The notes: a model not told the origin generated them from the letters alone. Counted from the first letter of the stretch, positions 1 through 11,511 are shown. The stretch: 64,000 bases of DNA from an uncultured cyanobacterium (GCA_963740315.1 CAVUDP010000001.1:928001-992000); one strand, 5' to 3'. Program-made: numbers and translations.

Positions 1-1760
1 GTGGCGCGTCGTAAATCGCGGGCTACTTCGGAGGCTGATTGTTCGGGACGAAAATCTAAGTAGTGACGCTGGCGGATTTCTTGGATTTCTCGCTGTACCC
101 CTGCTGGTGATAAGCCGACATCTGTTAGCACAAAGGAAACCATTTCTAAACTAGCTTCAAACTCTGGCTGTACTACTTCTCGCGCTCCTAGTTGGTAGAG
201 TGCTTCAATGTTTTTGTTATTTGTGGCGCGAACAACTATATTTAATTCGGGAAATAATTCTAAACCGCGACGTAAAGTCAGACGGGTACTCATTGGATCG
301 GGAAGTGCGATCGCCATTGCTTTGGCTTGATTGACTCCTGCTGTTTCTAAGACGTGAAAGCTAACGCAGTTGCCGTATACGTAAGGAATTCCGGCTTCCC
401 GCAGTTGCTGAATTACTCTTTCGGATTGATCTATAACTATTACAGGTAGTTTATGGGAAAGCAGCAATTTAACTAAATTTTTGCCTACTCTACCGTAACC
501 GCAAACTATTACATGATCTTTTATTGGTAAATCGTCGGCTACGTCGATGGGTTTGCCTTCGCCCTCCAGATAAGGCTTTAACCAAGGCATTGTTTCTGCC
601 CAATCAAATAAAATTGGTACCAGTCGCAACACGAAAGGCGTAATCACTAATGTTACTGCTGTTGTTCCTAATATCAGTAAATATACTTGACGAGATACCA
701 ACCCCAACTGTTGACCTTCACTAGCCAAAACAAACGAAAATTCACCAATTTGAGACAGTCCCAAACCCGCAATTATAGCCGTCTTCAGCGGATAACGAAA
801 TATTTTTACTAAAGGAGTGATAATTAAAAATTTACCGATAAATACCAGCGTTACCAATCCTAAAATTAATTCCAGATGGCTCCACAAAAAGACTGGATCG
901 ATCAACATCCCGATCGCAGCAAAAAACAAAGTGGCGAAAATATCTCGCACGGGTTCTACATAAGTCAAAGTTTGATCGGCGTATTCCACCTCGGAAATCA
1001 TCAAACCGGCGACAAAAGCCCCCATTTCAATGGAAAGCCCCAACTCTTCGGTTAACAAAGCGATTCCCAAACACAAAGCCACCACACCCAACAAAAATAA
1101 CTCCCGACTTTCCGTGCGTGCTAGCAACTGTAACAAAGGTGGAATCAGCCAAATACCCGTAGCCACAGCACCCGCAGCAAACAAACCAATCTTTAACAGC
1201 GCCATTAGCACCGCCACACCAAGAGTTTCCAAAGGCTGATCCAAAGCGGGTAACACTGCTAGCATTAACCCCAACGCCAAATCCTGCACCACCAGGATTC
1301 CCAACATCACTTGTCCGTGGGGGGTTTCCGTTTCGTTGCGTTCCATCAAACACTTCAAAACCACCGCAGTAGAAGACAAAGATAAAATCGCCCCCAAAAA
1401 CACACCTTGAACCGGCGAATCTACCCAACCTACCCCCACAGATATCAAAGTTGTGACGGCGATCGTTAAAATAATTTGTAAACCGCCACCACCCAAACTA
1501 ATTTTCTTAACCTTATTGAGTTCCGCAAAAGAAAACTCCACCCCCAGCGCAAACAGCAAAAAAGCCACACCAAACTGCGCCAAAGTTTCAACTTGGATAA
1601 ACTCCTTAATCAACCCAAACCCAGCAGGACCAATGATCATCCCCCCCACGAGATACCCCAACAACACGGGTAAACCCAAAAGCGAAGCAAACAATCCCCC
1701 ACCCGCAGCAACAGCGAGAACCGAAACCAAATCAACAATTAATCTAAAATCTTCTTGCAC
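1..1760 (-). CDS. CPA2-family cation:proton antiporter (KefC-like, with TrkA-N domain); 3' end lies outside the window
   Basis: Absent from the ORF track (no stop in window). Manual translation from GTG at 1760 gives MQEDFRLIVDLVSVLAVAAGGGLFASLLGLPVLLGYLVGGMIIGPAG..., with LSQIGEFSFVL and VIVCGYGRVG (TrkA-N) motifs. Confidence 0.9.
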   Translation of the reverse strand, partial: MQEDFRLIVDLVSVLAVAAGGGLFASLLGLPVLLGYLVGGMIIGPAGFGLIKEFIQVETLAQFGVAFLLFALGVEFSFAELNKVKKISLGGGGLQIILTIAVTTLISVGVGWVDSPVQGVFLGAILSLSSTAVVLKCLMERNETETPHGQVMLGILVVQDLALGLMLAVLPALDQPLETLGVAVLMALLKIGLFAAGAVATGIWLIPPLLQLLARTESRELFLLGVVALCLGIALLTEELGLSIEMGAFVAGLMISEVEYADQTLTYVEPVRDIFATLFFAAIGMLIDPVFLWSHLELILGLVTLVFIGKFLIITPLVKIFRYPLKTAIIAGLGLSQIGEFSFVLASEGQQLGLVSRQVYLLILGTTAVTLVITPFVLRLVPILFDWAETMPWLKPYLEGEGKPIDVADDLPIKDHVIVCGYGRVGKNLVKLLLSHKLPVIVIDQSERVIQQLREAGIPYVYGNCVSFHVLETAGVNQAKAMAIALPDPMSTRLTLRRGLELFPELNIVVRATNNKNIEALYQLGAREVVQPEFEASLEMVSFVLTDVGLSPAGVQREIQEIRQRHYLDFRPEQSASEVARDLRRA

Positions 1761-1845
1761 AGCTTATAAAAAAATATTAATATCCCTGTTTATTAGCATA
1801 CAAAGATTCGTGAAGACTGACTCAGAAAAGAATGGGAATTAGGGA

Positions 1846-2152
1846 TTAAGGTTAAAGGTTAAAGGTTAAAATTCTTTTTGTCTCCTTGTCTCCTTGTCCC
1901 CCCATCCCCCCATCTCCCCATCTCCCCATCTCCCCATCTCCCCATCCCCCCATCCCCCCATCTCCCCATCTCCCCATCCCCCCATCTCCCCATCTCCCCA
2001 TCCCCCCATCTCCCCATCCCCCCATCTCCCCATCCCCCCATCTCCCCATCCCCCCATCTCCCCATCCCCCCATCTCCCCATCTCCCCATCTCCCCATCCC
2101 CCCATCTCCCCATCCCCCCATCTCCCCATCTCCCCATCTCCCCCTCTCCCAT
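1846..2152. repeat. STRR array: short (AAAGGTT)n followed by a long (CCCCATCT/CCCCATCC)n octamer tract
   Basis: Tandem repeats read directly; they explain the spurious [14 protein letters not shown] ORFs. Confidence 0.97.
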
Positions 2153-2158
2153 TCCCAA

Positions 2159-3544
2159 TCAAATAATCATTTCTTCCAAAGCTGTTTGTAAATCTTGGGT
2201 TAATTGAGCGACTGCTTGTTTTGCGGCTTGATGATTTTGTTTGTTTGAAGCGCGATCGCTTACGTCTATTGGTTGTGCGACAGTAATTGTACTCTTTCGC
2301 CATCCTAAGCGGGGACGACGAGGATTTTTGTTGCCTTTGATTCTGGCGATCGCATCAAATAAGATTAAGCTTGTTTCGGCAAATCTTTCAAAGCTGGGTT
2401 TTTGCTGAATGTAAGTACCCGTGACGGCGACAAAACTTTCTACCAAACGCATATGCTGCATCCGTAAGTCGGCTTCTGCGGCAATCCAATCTGCTAATCC
2501 GCGTTTGAGGGGAGATAATTTTTTCAATTTAGTCGAATCTTGGCGATAAATATAATTCCAACCAGCTTCTTCTAAACGACGACAGCGTTTGATGATATTT
2601 CCGGTTTTTTTAATACCAAAATATTCTTCTCCTACTTCCAAAGATACATCTAATAATCTTTGCAGTCTGGCGGTAAAATCTTCTTCTGGACTAATCGATT
2701 CAGATGAAGGTAAATCGCGATGATAAAAACAACGATAAAATTCTTCCATTTCACAAAGAAAATATTCTCCCAGCTTTAATAAACGCGGGTAAAATAATTT
2801 TTCTGGTTCTTCTGCTTTGATGTCTATTGTTTGTTTTGGTAAACCACAATCTGCTTCTAGATTACTTAACAAGCGATCGAGTTTCGACCACTGAGGATTA
2901 ATGTAATGATACTGAATATTAATCGGAACAACGATAACTCTTTCAATACGGTTGACTTTTTTTAAATCCTCTACAGTCCAAAACGCTAATTGAGCTACAC
3001 CAGATTCGAGGGGGCTAACAACTTCACTGTGACCATTAGTAGCACCTTCGGGGGCAACCACTAAAGGAAATTTACCATTAATCAATAATTCTCTAATCTT
3101 TTTAATCGCTTGCAAATCCAGAATTCTACCTCGATGTACGGAAACACCTCCCATCTGAGATAACAACCAACCCAGCCAATTACCAGCCCAGATTGTCATA
3201 CCTCTGTCGTACATAAAATGCACTTGGATTGGAGATTGTAAACTAATATTTTGTTGGCGAGCAATCCTGCGTATGCCGCGAGAAAATAAATATAAACCGC
3301 TAAGGGGATCGTCTACTTCACAATGACGAAAAGCAAACATGAGGCGAATTTTACCTATCTGGAATTGATGGTAAAGCTTAACAAGAGTTTCTCCATTGAC
3401 TATTTCAACTTGGCTAATTCCTGCTGGCAACCAAGGTAGCAATCGAAATCTTCGTAAAATAGGCAATAACCAATAAACAAGCCGAATAATAAAGGGGTTA
3501 AAATTCGGAGGAATAAAATCAAGTTTTGGTTTAGCGCGTTGCAT
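2159..3544 (-). CDS. 1-acyl-sn-glycerol-3-phosphate acyltransferase family protein
   Basis: HxxxxD (HCEVDD) and APEGATNG motifs; 461 aa. Confidence 0.85.
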   Translation of the reverse strand: MQRAKPKLDFIPPNFNPFIIRLVYWLLPILRRFRLLPWLPAGISQVEIVNGETLVKLYHQFQIGKIRLMFAFRHCEVDDPLSGLYLFSRGIRRIARQQNISLQSPIQVHFMYDRGMTIWAGNWLGWLLSQMGGVSVHRGRILDLQAIKKIRELLINGKFPLVVAPEGATNGHSEVVSPLESGVAQLAFWTVEDLKKVNRIERVIVVPINIQYHYINPQWSKLDRLLSNLEADCGLPKQTIDIKAEEPEKLFYPRLLKLGEYFLCEMEEFYRCFYHRDLPSSESISPEEDFTARLQRLLDVSLEVGEEYFGIKKTGNIIKRCRRLEEAGWNYIYRQDSTKLKKLSPLKRGLADWIAAEADLRMQHMRLVESFVAVTGTYIQQKPSFERFAETSLILFDAIARIKGNKNPRRPRLGWRKSTITVAQPIDVSDRASNKQNHQAAKQAVAQLTQDLQTALEEMII

Positions 3545-4024
3545 ATGTTCGGCGATCGGTTATCAGTTAAAGGAAATCATATTTTCCTATTCAAGAATAA
3601 GCTAATTCCGAACTCATAAATCTCTTTCGACCCGATTTTCCGTGTTTACTAGTATTTCTTGGTAGTTAATGTAGTTCTAATTTTGTAGTATTAACCGACC
3701 ATTCAAGAATTGTATAATATGTCAAAATAGAAGGGAGCAAGGAACGGGCAACAGGTACAAGAAGTAGCAATAATAGTTAATGCCAAATGAAAAAAACAAT
3801 TTTTTTTGTATCCCAATGGTTGTAAGTTCTTATACTTAGTTAATATTTTTAGCATTACTAATTTTTTTTTAAATTTCACCAAGTAATTTGGCGTGAACAA
3901 ATATCACTCCAAAACAAGTTTTTTACCAATGGTTACATAATTGGTTTTATATGTGCTGACTTACTTACAGTTTCTATTTTCTATTCCTTGAATCAAACCG
4001 AATTCCTATAACTGATAACTGATT

Positions 4025-5497
4025 ATGCATATAATTTGGTTTCGTCGAGATTTACGTTTAAGTGACAACGAAATCGTTAGTCAAGCTGCTAATAACACCG
4101 AAGTTTTACCATGCTTTATTATCGATCCTTGGTTTTATCAGTGGAAAGATATTGGTAAGGCACGAGTCAGATTTTTATTTGAATCTTTGGAAGATTTGGA
4201 TAATAATCTCCAAAAACTAGGTAGCAAGCTATATTTATTTGAAGGAAATGCAGTAGATATTCTGCAACAGCTAACTAGCGAATTAATAGAATGCGATCGC
4301 CAACCAAAACTTTATTTTAACCGCGACGTACAGGTAGAATATGGTATCGAACGGGACAAATCAATCGTAGATTTTTACCAGCAAAAAAACCTGGAATATC
4401 ACATCGGTTTAAACAACTTTATTCAACCAAACGAACGTCGCGATGAATGGTTTAACGAATATTACACTTATCAAAGAGGAGAATTACATCCAACCCCGAC
4501 TGATATAAATACACCGCAATTATCTTTAAATGTACCCCAACTGACAATCGAAGAATTAAAGCAGAAATATCGCAGTTTTTGGGAAACAGAAATTTATTTT
4601 CCTGGTGGAGAAACAGAATCTACAGCTATATTAAATTCATTCCTTTCGAGTAGATTTAAAGGGTATCATTGGAAACTTTCTCGTCCCTGGTTGGCGCAGA
4701 AAAGATCGACATCACACCTTTCACCTTACTTAACTTTCGGAACAATTTCCACGCGCACTGTATATCAAAGAACTAAAAAACGCGCCGAAGAATTAGAGAA
4801 ACAACCTACATCTGGATTTTCTTTAAAAGCATTTAGAGATCGTTTGCGATGGCGCGATAGCTTCAATCAACGTTTATATTCCCATCCAGAAATAGCTTAC
4901 ATCAATCGCTACTCAGAATTCGACGAATATTATAAACCCGATCCATTAACACCCGAAAAGCAAGAATTATTTGAAGCTTGGTGTGAAGGGATGACAGGTT
5001 TTCCAATGGTAGATGCGAGTATGCGTCAATTGGAAAGAATGGGTTGGATGAATTTCCGAATGCGGGCAATGTGCGCGACTTTCTTAACAATAAACTGTGG
5101 TATTTCCTGGCATCATGGTGCCGAACATTTTATGAATTACTTAATAGATGGAGACTTAGCCATAGATAATTGGCAGTGGCAAATGCAAGCAGGAATTACC
5201 AATCCCCTCAGCAGCACTTTCCGAATTTATAATCCTACCAAGAACATTAAAGAAAAAGACCCAGAATTAAACTATATTTACCATTGGGTTGAAGAATTGA
5301 GAGGTTATAGTTTACCAGAAATTCTTGCTGGAGAATACATCAATGAAAGTTCTTATCCGCAACCGATGATTGATTGGTCGCAAACACGTAAAGTAAACGG
5401 TAAAATAGTTTCGGATTTACGTAAAAAAGTTAGAGCAAGATTGCTTTGTGAGAAAGGGGAAGAATACGATAATGCAATTGCGGCAAAAGGTTCGTAG
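4025..5497 (+). CDS. Photolyase/cryptochrome family FAD-binding protein
   Basis: WFRRDLRLSDN N-terminus; TSHLSPYLTFG, GMTGFPMVDASMRQL and GWMNFRMR motifs. Confidence 0.92.
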   Translation: MHIIWFRRDLRLSDNEIVSQAANNTEVLPCFIIDPWFYQWKDIGKARVRFLFESLEDLDNNLQKLGSKLYLFEGNAVDILQQLTSELIECDRQPKLYFNRDVQVEYGIERDKSIVDFYQQKNLEYHIGLNNFIQPNERRDEWFNEYYTYQRGELHPTPTDINTPQLSLNVPQLTIEELKQKYRSFWETEIYFPGGETESTAILNSFLSSRFKGYHWKLSRPWLAQKRSTSHLSPYLTFGTISTRTVYQRTKKRAEELEKQPTSGFSLKAFRDRLRWRDSFNQRLYSHPEIAYINRYSEFDEYYKPDPLTPEKQELFEAWCEGMTGFPMVDASMRQLERMGWMNFRMRAMCATFLTINCGISWHHGAEHFMNYLIDGDLAIDNWQWQMQAGITNPLSSTFRIYNPTKNIKEKDPELNYIYHWVEELRGYSLPEILAGEYINESSYPQPMIDWSQTRKVNGKIVSDLRKKVRARLLCEKGEEYDNAIAAKGS

Positions 5498-5545
5498 TAA
5501 GGGCTTTAGCCCTTTCCTATGAGGGCTAAAGCCCTGACTACGAAC
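5490..5545. repeat. Palindromic dispersed repeat with 24-bp arms; likely bidirectional terminator
   Basis: GTTCGTAGTAAGGGCTTTAGCCCT ... AGGGCTAAAGCCCTGACTACGAAC; one mismatch, 8-nt loop; lies between convergent genes. Confidence 0.85.
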
Positions 5546-5744
5546 TATGAATCTTTTCTTCTAAATCTCCAACTTCAAAAGTTTGGGTTCCCACCGTTAC
5601 TTTATCTCCGGTTACTAATTTTTTACCCCGGCGAGTTTCCACGGTACCATTAACTTGAACTTCACCATCCACAATCATGTGTTTGGCTTGCCCTCCGGTT
5701 TGCGCGATACCTATAAACTTCAAAAATTGGTCGAGTTTAATCAT
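5538..5744 (-). CDS. S4-domain RNA-binding protein (YaaA/YbcJ-like)
   Basis: IKLDQFLK...TGGQAK...VQVNG..ETRRGKKL; ATG at 5744. Confidence 0.92.
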   Translation of the reverse strand: MIKLDQFLKFIGIAQTGGQAKHMIVDGEVQVNGTVETRRGKKLVTGDKVTVGTQTFEVGDLEEKIHSS

Positions 5745-5754
5745 TATCAATTAT

Positions 5755-8568
5755 CTAATGAAAATATTGCATTAATATCGATTCCAATTTAACAATACCA
5801 ATTGGTTTACTCACAAAATCATTGGCACCTGCTTGAATATATTTATTACGTATATCATCCGTGGGACTTGGTGTCATCATTACTACAACTTTATCTTGTA
5901 AATCTGAAGTTTGTCGTAAGGAAGTAAGTAAATCCCAACCGCTAAAATTTTCTAATTGGATATCTAACAAAATTAAATTCGGTTGATAAATCCGAACTTT
6001 TTCTAAAAATTCTTGCTCATCTGGCATCCATTCTACTTGATAGCCAATTGTTTGCAAATAATCTTGTAATAATGTCCCGGTATGTTTGTCGTCTTCCACT
6101 AATAAAATGCGCTTTTGGATCGCAGTATTTCTAGAAGCGATCGCCTGATTGATATGCTGAATTTTTGCTTCCCATTTATCGATTTCGCTGTCTTCTTGAA
6201 ATTCACCATCGGGAATAAATAAAGTAAATTTACTACCTTTTCCATATGTTGATTCTACCGTTACATCTCCACCGTGCAAGCGGGCTAATTTGCGCGTTAA
6301 AGCTAAACCCAAACCAGTACCTTCATACTGACGATTTAAGCGAGAATCAAGTTGTTTAAAAGGTTCAAATAAAAGTTTTAATTGATTTGACTTAATACCA
6401 ATGCCAGTATCAGATACCTCAAATGCTATACCTCCAGAGATTCTGATTACTTGCAATGAAATTTTACCCTTTGAAGTGAATTTAATGGCGTTGGTAAGTA
6501 AATTCAATAGCATTTGCTTGATTCGGCGTTCATCAGCAACACAAATATTTATTTTGTCAATCGAATAAGTTAACGCTAATCCTTTTTCTTCGGCGCGATC
6601 GCGTACTGTTGATATAACGTAATTACATAAATCTTCTACCTGTAAAGGAAATAACGATAATTCTTCTTTTCCTGCTTCTACCTTTGATAGATCGAGAATA
6701 TCGTTAATCAGTTCCAATAAATGTACGCCACTGCTATATATACAGTCAATATATTCTTTTTGCTTGTCATTAATAGAACCAATAATTTCTTGTTGAAGCA
6801 ACTGTGATAAACCCATAATTGCATTCAGAGGTGTTCGCAATTCATGGCTCATTGTTGCTAAAAACTCACTTTTTGCCCGACTGCCAACTTCTGCGGCTTC
6901 TTTACTTTCTCGTAATTTTGATTCAGTTTGTTTACGTTCGCGAATATCTTCAATAATAGCAAGAAAGAACTTCGGTTTACCATTTGCACGTACAATCAAA
7001 GAAATACTTAAATGCGTCCAAATTGTACCACCATCTTTGTGTAAAAGCTGTCTTTCTATTTCCAAACGCTCAACTTTACCTAACATCAATTGCTTGTAAA
7101 CTGCCACATCTCCATTTTCAAAGTAAATATAATCTGCAAAACTTTTTTGACTAAGCTCGCGAACATCATAACTTAACATTTCACAAAGCGCCGGATTGAC
7201 ATCAACAATTCTGCCTTTTATATCTACTAAACAGATACCCATAGAAGAACGTTCAAAAATCGCCCTAAATTGCGTTTCACTCTGTTTCAATGCCTTTTGC
7301 GCGGCTTTACGCTCGCTTGCTTCTATTGCTAATGTCACAAAATCTGCGATCGAACTCGCAAAACTTTCTTCTTCCAAACTCCATTTATAGCATGAAGATA
7401 TATCGTTATCGAAGTAAGCATAACATATAATACCTACTATATTACCCTTAAGCCAAATCGATACATTTAATACACTTGTTACACCAAATGCAGCCAGATA
7501 AAAATTTGAGAGTTCTTGATTTACAACATCTAAAGTATTATCGTCAGAATTAATTCCGTTTTCTAAATCTGCAAAATAATTAGGAAAATCCTCTTTTCTT
7601 AAAACAATCGATTTTGAATGACTCTGGGCAATACGGCTATATAAATCAATACTTTGCAATTGAGAAAGATCGTCATTATATAACCAAACGCCTACTTGAT
7701 TTACATTTAAAGTTGTTGCAGCAGCTTGTGTAATCTGCCTGATTCCATCAATCAAACTTCCTTGAATAAAAGCTTTACTACTAGCTAATTCTATTAAAGT
7801 TTGATTTTGGAGTCTTAACAGATTTTCTTTTTGCCGCTCTGTAATATCTCTTATTGCCGCTACTTTTATATGAGAACTATCAGAAATTATTTTAGCTTGA
7901 ATTTCTATCGGAAATGTAGAACCGTCTTTTCTGATTGCAGTTACTTTATAAGGTTTTTCATAACCAGAAAGATTTTTTCTAATTAATTCTTGCGATTCTG
8001 CCGTAGCTAATTCAAAGCCATTTTTACCAATTAATTCATCCACTTCATAACCAGTTATTTGGGCTAAAATATGATTTACGTCTAAAATAATTCCTTCAAA
8101 AGTAGCCTCTGACAAAAAACGCCACTTTGCTTCATTGCTATCTTGATTCTGAGAATGCCTGTTCTCAATCCGGATATCTACATTAGAGCGTTTTCGTCTC
8201 TCGATTGCAGATATCACCATCCTTCTTATTTGTTCGTTAGTCTGATTTTTTACTATAACTTCCTCAGCACCCGACGCGATCGCTTTTTGTAAACTTACTT
8301 CATTCCGATTTCCACTGATTACCATAATTGCCGTATTAGGCAACAGTAAATATATTGATGAAATAAATTCAAAATCGTCAATATTCTTTAGCGATAGATT
8401 TAAGATAATCGCATCGATCGATTGAGCAGAGCTAACCAATTTAGCTTCAGACAAGTCATTTGCTACGATAACTTGATGCGGCAAGAGCATTGGTTGCAAC
8501 CACTGAATATCGCTTTGATTCGTTTTTAGCACCAAAATACCATAGTTATTCAATGTCATGCTCATCAC
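5755..8568 (-). CDS. Hybrid sensor histidine kinase (pseudo-REC, PAS, GAF, PAS, HisKA, HATPase, REC)
   Basis: [14 protein letters not shown]-box; [16 protein letters not shown] and GTGLGL boxes; C-terminal ILLD receiver. Confidence 0.93.
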   Translation of the reverse strand: MMSMTLNNYGILVLKTNQSDIQWLQPMLLPHQVIVANDLSEAKLVSSAQSIDAIILNLSLKNIDDFEFISSIYLLLPNTAIMVISGNRNEVSLQKAIASGAEEVIVKNQTNEQIRRMVISAIERRKRSNVDIRIENRHSQNQDSNEAKWRFLSEATFEGIILDVNHILAQITGYEVDELIGKNGFELATAESQELIRKNLSGYEKPYKVTAIRKDGSTFPIEIQAKIISDSSHIKVAAIRDITERQKENLLRLQNQTLIELASSKAFIQGSLIDGIRQITQAAATTLNVNQVGVWLYNDDLSQLQSIDLYSRIAQSHSKSIVLRKEDFPNYFADLENGINSDDNTLDVVNQELSNFYLAAFGVTSVLNVSIWLKGNIVGIICYAYFDNDISSCYKWSLEEESFASSIADFVTLAIEASERKAAQKALKQSETQFRAIFERSSMGICLVDIKGRIVDVNPALCEMLSYDVRELSQKSFADYIYFENGDVAVYKQLMLGKVERLEIERQLLHKDGGTIWTHLSISLIVRANGKPKFFLAIIEDIRERKQTESKLRESKEAAEVGSRAKSEFLATMSHELRTPLNAIMGLSQLLQQEIIGSINDKQKEYIDCIYSSGVHLLELINDILDLSKVEAGKEELSLFPLQVEDLCNYVISTVRDRAEEKGLALTYSIDKINICVADERRIKQMLLNLLTNAIKFTSKGKISLQVIRISGGIAFEVSDTGIGIKSNQLKLLFEPFKQLDSRLNRQYEGTGLGLALTRKLARLHGGDVTVESTYGKGSKFTLFIPDGEFQEDSEIDKWEAKIQHINQAIASRNTAIQKRILLVEDDKHTGTLLQDYLQTIGYQVEWMPDEQEFLEKVRIYQPNLILLDIQLENFSGWDLLTSLRQTSDLQDKVVVMMTPSPTDDIRNKYIQAGANDFVSKPIGIVKLESILMQYFH

Positions 8569-8845
8569 CAGTAGAGCAAATATTTAAAATTACGACGCAA
8601 TCAAAACATTACTAGTGTCTCATAAAATGCCAGAAGTATGAAAATATTTTTTTGTAGACGTATATTTACGTAGAAGAATTGCAAGACTATGAATTTGAGG
8701 TCAGAGTTTGAAGTTTGAAAAATTATTCGGTGCCTTTTATAAATTTATACCATAGTGCTGAGGTTAAAATCTATCTTTAGATTATTTACATTATTAAAGC
8801 AGGTGATAATTATGGTAATAGCAGCCCTTGTCTTCGAGTGAAAAA

Positions 8846-9772
8846 ATGACGAAAGACAGCACCAGAATAGTTTCCTTAATTCCCAGCGGGACTGAGATAT
8901 TAGCAGAGTTGGGATTAACCGATGCTATAGTCGGACGTTCCCATGAATGCGACTTTCCTGCTTCTATTGAAAATCTACCCGTTTGCACGATCGCAAGATT
9001 AAATAGTGACGCTGCGAGTAGCGAAATTCACGACAAAGTTAACGATTTATTGCAGTCTGCTTTGAGTATTTATCAAATCAAAACAGATGTTTTAGAGCAA
9101 TTACAGCCTACTCATATTATTACTCAAGATCAATGTGATGTTTGTGCTGTCAGCTTTGGAGAAGTTGAAAACGCGCTCAAAAGTCTTACCAATTGTTCGC
9201 CGCAAGTTATTTCTTTACAGCCAGATGTTCTTCAAGACGTTTGGAGCGATATTGCAAGAGTAGCTAAAGTTTTTGATGTAGATTCAAAAGCGGTTTTAGA
9301 AAGTTTAAAAAATCGCGTTACAAATATCGAGGCTAAAACTCAAACACTTCCCTTTGCAAATATTCCCAGCATCGGCTGTATCGAATGGACTGAACCCTTA
9401 ATGAGTGCAGCAAATTGGATTCCCGAATTAGTTACCTATGCTGGAGGGAAACCTTTATTTAGTCATAAGGGTAAACCATCGGAGAAATTGACATGGGAAA
9501 CTTTTGTCAGCAGCAATCCAGATATAATCATCTTTATGCCTTGCGGTTTCGACTTAAATCGCACTCGTAAAGAAGCCCATTCATTAACTCAACGTCCCGA
9601 ATGGCAAAAACTGCAAGCAGTGCAAAACGGTCAAGTTTACATCACAGATGGTAATTCCTACTTTAATCGTCCCGGACCCCGCTTAGCAGATTCGTTAGAA
9701 ATTTTAGCAGAAATCATCCATCCAGATATCTTTCAATATGGTTATGAAGGTAAAGGTTGGGAAAAGTTTTAA
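8846..9772 (+). CDS. BtuF-like cobalamin/iron-siderophore binding protein
   Basis: RIVSLIPSGTEIL, VGRSHECDFP and YFNRPGPRL motifs; ATG at 8846. Confidence 0.88.
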   Translation: MTKDSTRIVSLIPSGTEILAELGLTDAIVGRSHECDFPASIENLPVCTIARLNSDAASSEIHDKVNDLLQSALSIYQIKTDVLEQLQPTHIITQDQCDVCAVSFGEVENALKSLTNCSPQVISLQPDVLQDVWSDIARVAKVFDVDSKAVLESLKNRVTNIEAKTQTLPFANIPSIGCIEWTEPLMSAANWIPELVTYAGGKPLFSHKGKPSEKLTWETFVSSNPDIIIFMPCGFDLNRTRKEAHSLTQRPEWQKLQAVQNGQVYITDGNSYFNRPGPRLADSLEILAEIIHPDIFQYGYEGKGWEKF

Positions 9773-9812
9773 TTAGTTAGGAATTAGGAGTTAGGAGTTA
9801 GGAGTTAGGAGT

Positions 9813-9945
9813 TATATCATATTCGCTTAATTACTTATGAAATGTCATTGCGAGTGGAACGGAGTGAAACGAAGCAACCACAACACTTTGAGATTGCTTC
9901 GCTGTCGCTCGCAATGACAGAAATATTTTTGTTCACATACTTACA
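9813..9945. mobile_element. Degenerate MITE-like element with internal palindrome TGTCATTGCGAG...CTCGCAATGACA (9843-9919)
   Basis: Perfect 12-bp outer arms plus inner CGAAGCAA/TTGCTTCG arms; related to 58868-59012. Confidence 0.65.
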
Positions 9946-9976
9946 ATCATACCTTTAACCTTTAATATGCAGACCT

Positions 9977-10267
9977 TTAACCTTTAACAATTATCCAATC
10001 AATAAGAGGTTTTAAAGTTTCGGGTATTGAGCTTTCATTTACAGTTACCGTATGCTGTTTATTTTTATCTTCTATTGTTAGCGTATATTGAAAGCGATCG
10101 CGTTGTTTGGATTCGTCCGCTATGTATGCAGGTAAATTAAAGAAATTTGCAGATTCTAACAACATTGGCAACTGTTCGGCTTGATTTTGCGGTAAATTCG
10201 CACTATCAATCTCGATAACTTTACTAATTCCAGCAAAACCGCCGCTACGCTCTAAAGATATTAACAT
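9977..10267 (-). CDS. Emfourin-family (M4in) protealysin inhibitor
   Basis: ERSGGFAG and DRFQYTLTI motifs; directly downstream of an M4 peptidase; ATG at 10267. Confidence 0.88.
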   Translation of the reverse strand: MLISLERSGGFAGISKVIEIDSANLPQNQAEQLPMLLESANFFNLPAYIADESKQRDRFQYTLTIEDKNKQHTVTVNESSIPETLKPLIDWIIVKG

Positions 10268-10342
10268 TTTGATTGGGAATTGGGAATTGAGGTCAAAGGT
10301 CAAAGGTTAAAGGTTAAAGGTCTGCATGTTAAAATTATTTTT

Positions 10343-10410
10343 ATCTCCCCATCTCCCCATCTCCCCCATCTCCCCCCTCTACCCCCTCTACCCCCTCTAC
10401 CCCCTCTCCA
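10343..10410. repeat. STRR octamer tract (CCCCATCT/ACCCCTCT variants)
   Basis: Tandem repeat visible in sequence. Confidence 0.9.
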
Positions 10411-10428
10411 TTTTCCCATGCCCAAATC

Positions 10429-11511
10429 TTAATTAACTCCAACTTCTTTCCAAGCATTTTCTACGGCTTTTTGTTCGCTGCTTGCTTCACCGTAAAGTTC
10501 TCCTGCGACTGCAATTGTCATTTCTGCGGCGAGTTTAAAGTTTGCTTTTGAATCTAGTTTCTCGCACAAGCTTGCGTACCAAATTTTTCCGGCTTTCTCC
10601 CAAGCGTAACCGCCTATTTCTGTTGCCGCTAAGTAAAAAGCTCGGTTGGGAATGCCCGAATTTATATGTACTCCGCCGTTGTCTTTGGTACCAGTATAGA
10701 TGTCATCCATGTGGGCTGGTTGGGGATCTTTACCAAGTACTGAGTCGTCGTAAGCTTTACCTGGCGCTTTCATTGAGCGAATTGCTTCCCCTTTGACTTT
10801 TTCGGTAAATAATCCTACACCAATCAACCAGTCTGCACTCTCGGCGGTTTGATTGTTGATTCGCTGTTTGACTAAGGAACCAAACACGTCAGAAAAGGAT
10901 TCGTTAAGCGCTCCAGATTCGCCGAAATAAATTAAATCTGCTTCATACTGGGTAACGCCGTGGGTTAATTCATGTCCGATTACATCAACTGATTTGGTAA
11001 AACGGTTAAAGAGTTCGCCGTCACCGTCACCGTAAACCATTTGAGTGCCGTTCCAAAAGGCATTTTCGTAATCTTTGCCGTAATGTACGGTGGAATCTAA
11101 ACGCAAACCTTTACTGTCAATGGAATTGCGATCGCCAATTTCTTTGAAAAAGTCGTAAGTCGCGCCAGCACCATCATAGGCTTCGTTTACGGCTTCGTCT
11201 TCGGTGGGAGAATCGCCTTCGCTGCGGACTATTTCTCCAGGAAGTATTTGAGAATTTTTAGCATCATATATAGTACGGTTTTTCTCAGCAGTTGGCGGCG
11301 TATCTTGGATATCACTTAAAGCAATGCGCCTTCCACGAATTTGCGCCGAGAGATTCAAGGTTTCAAAAGCCCACTCGCGTTGGGTTGGCGTACCGTTGAC
11401 TGCTACCTTTTCCAATATGTAAGGGGGGACAATACAACAAATAGGGCATCTATTATGAAGTGAATGTTGATGATTGAACCCATAAGATTTCTTTCGTTTT
11501 TTTCTAGCCAT
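10429..11511 (-). CDS. Protealysin-like M4 (thermolysin family) metallopeptidase
   Basis: Short propeptide CIVPPYIL; NAFWNG, HELTH, GALNESFSD and GGVHINSG motifs. Confidence 0.93.
   Translation of the reverse strand: MARKKRKKSYGFNHQHSLHNRCPICCIVPPYILEKVAVNGTPTQREWAFETLNLSAQIRGRRIALSDIQDTPPTAEKNRTIYDAKNSQILPGEIVRSEGDSPTEDEAVNEAYDGAGATYDFFKEIGDRNSIDSKGLRLDSTVHYGKDYENAFWNGTQMVYGDGDGELFNRFTKSVDVIGHELTHGVTQYEADLIYFGESGALNESFSDVFGSLVKQRINNQTAESADWLIGVGLFTEKVKGEAIRSMKAPGKAYDDSVLGKDPQPAHMDDIYTGTKDNGGVHINSGIPNRAFYLAATEIGGYAWEKAGKIWYASLCEKLDSKANFKLAAEMTIAVAGELYGEASSEQKAVENAWKEVGVN

Noticed and set aside
1027..1842. Short ORFs 1027-1428, 1030-1239 and 1453-1842
   Set aside because: Shadow frames of the antiporter gene on the minus strand.
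1852..2303. ORFs of MGRWGDGE / PHLPISPS repeats (also at 30490-30827, 55606-55800 and 56276-56637)
   Set aside because: Translations of stop-free octamer STRRs in several frames; not credible genes.
5755..8568. Assignment to a named kinase (e.g. HrmK)
   Set aside because: Domain order and H-box context do not let me recognise a specific ortholog.
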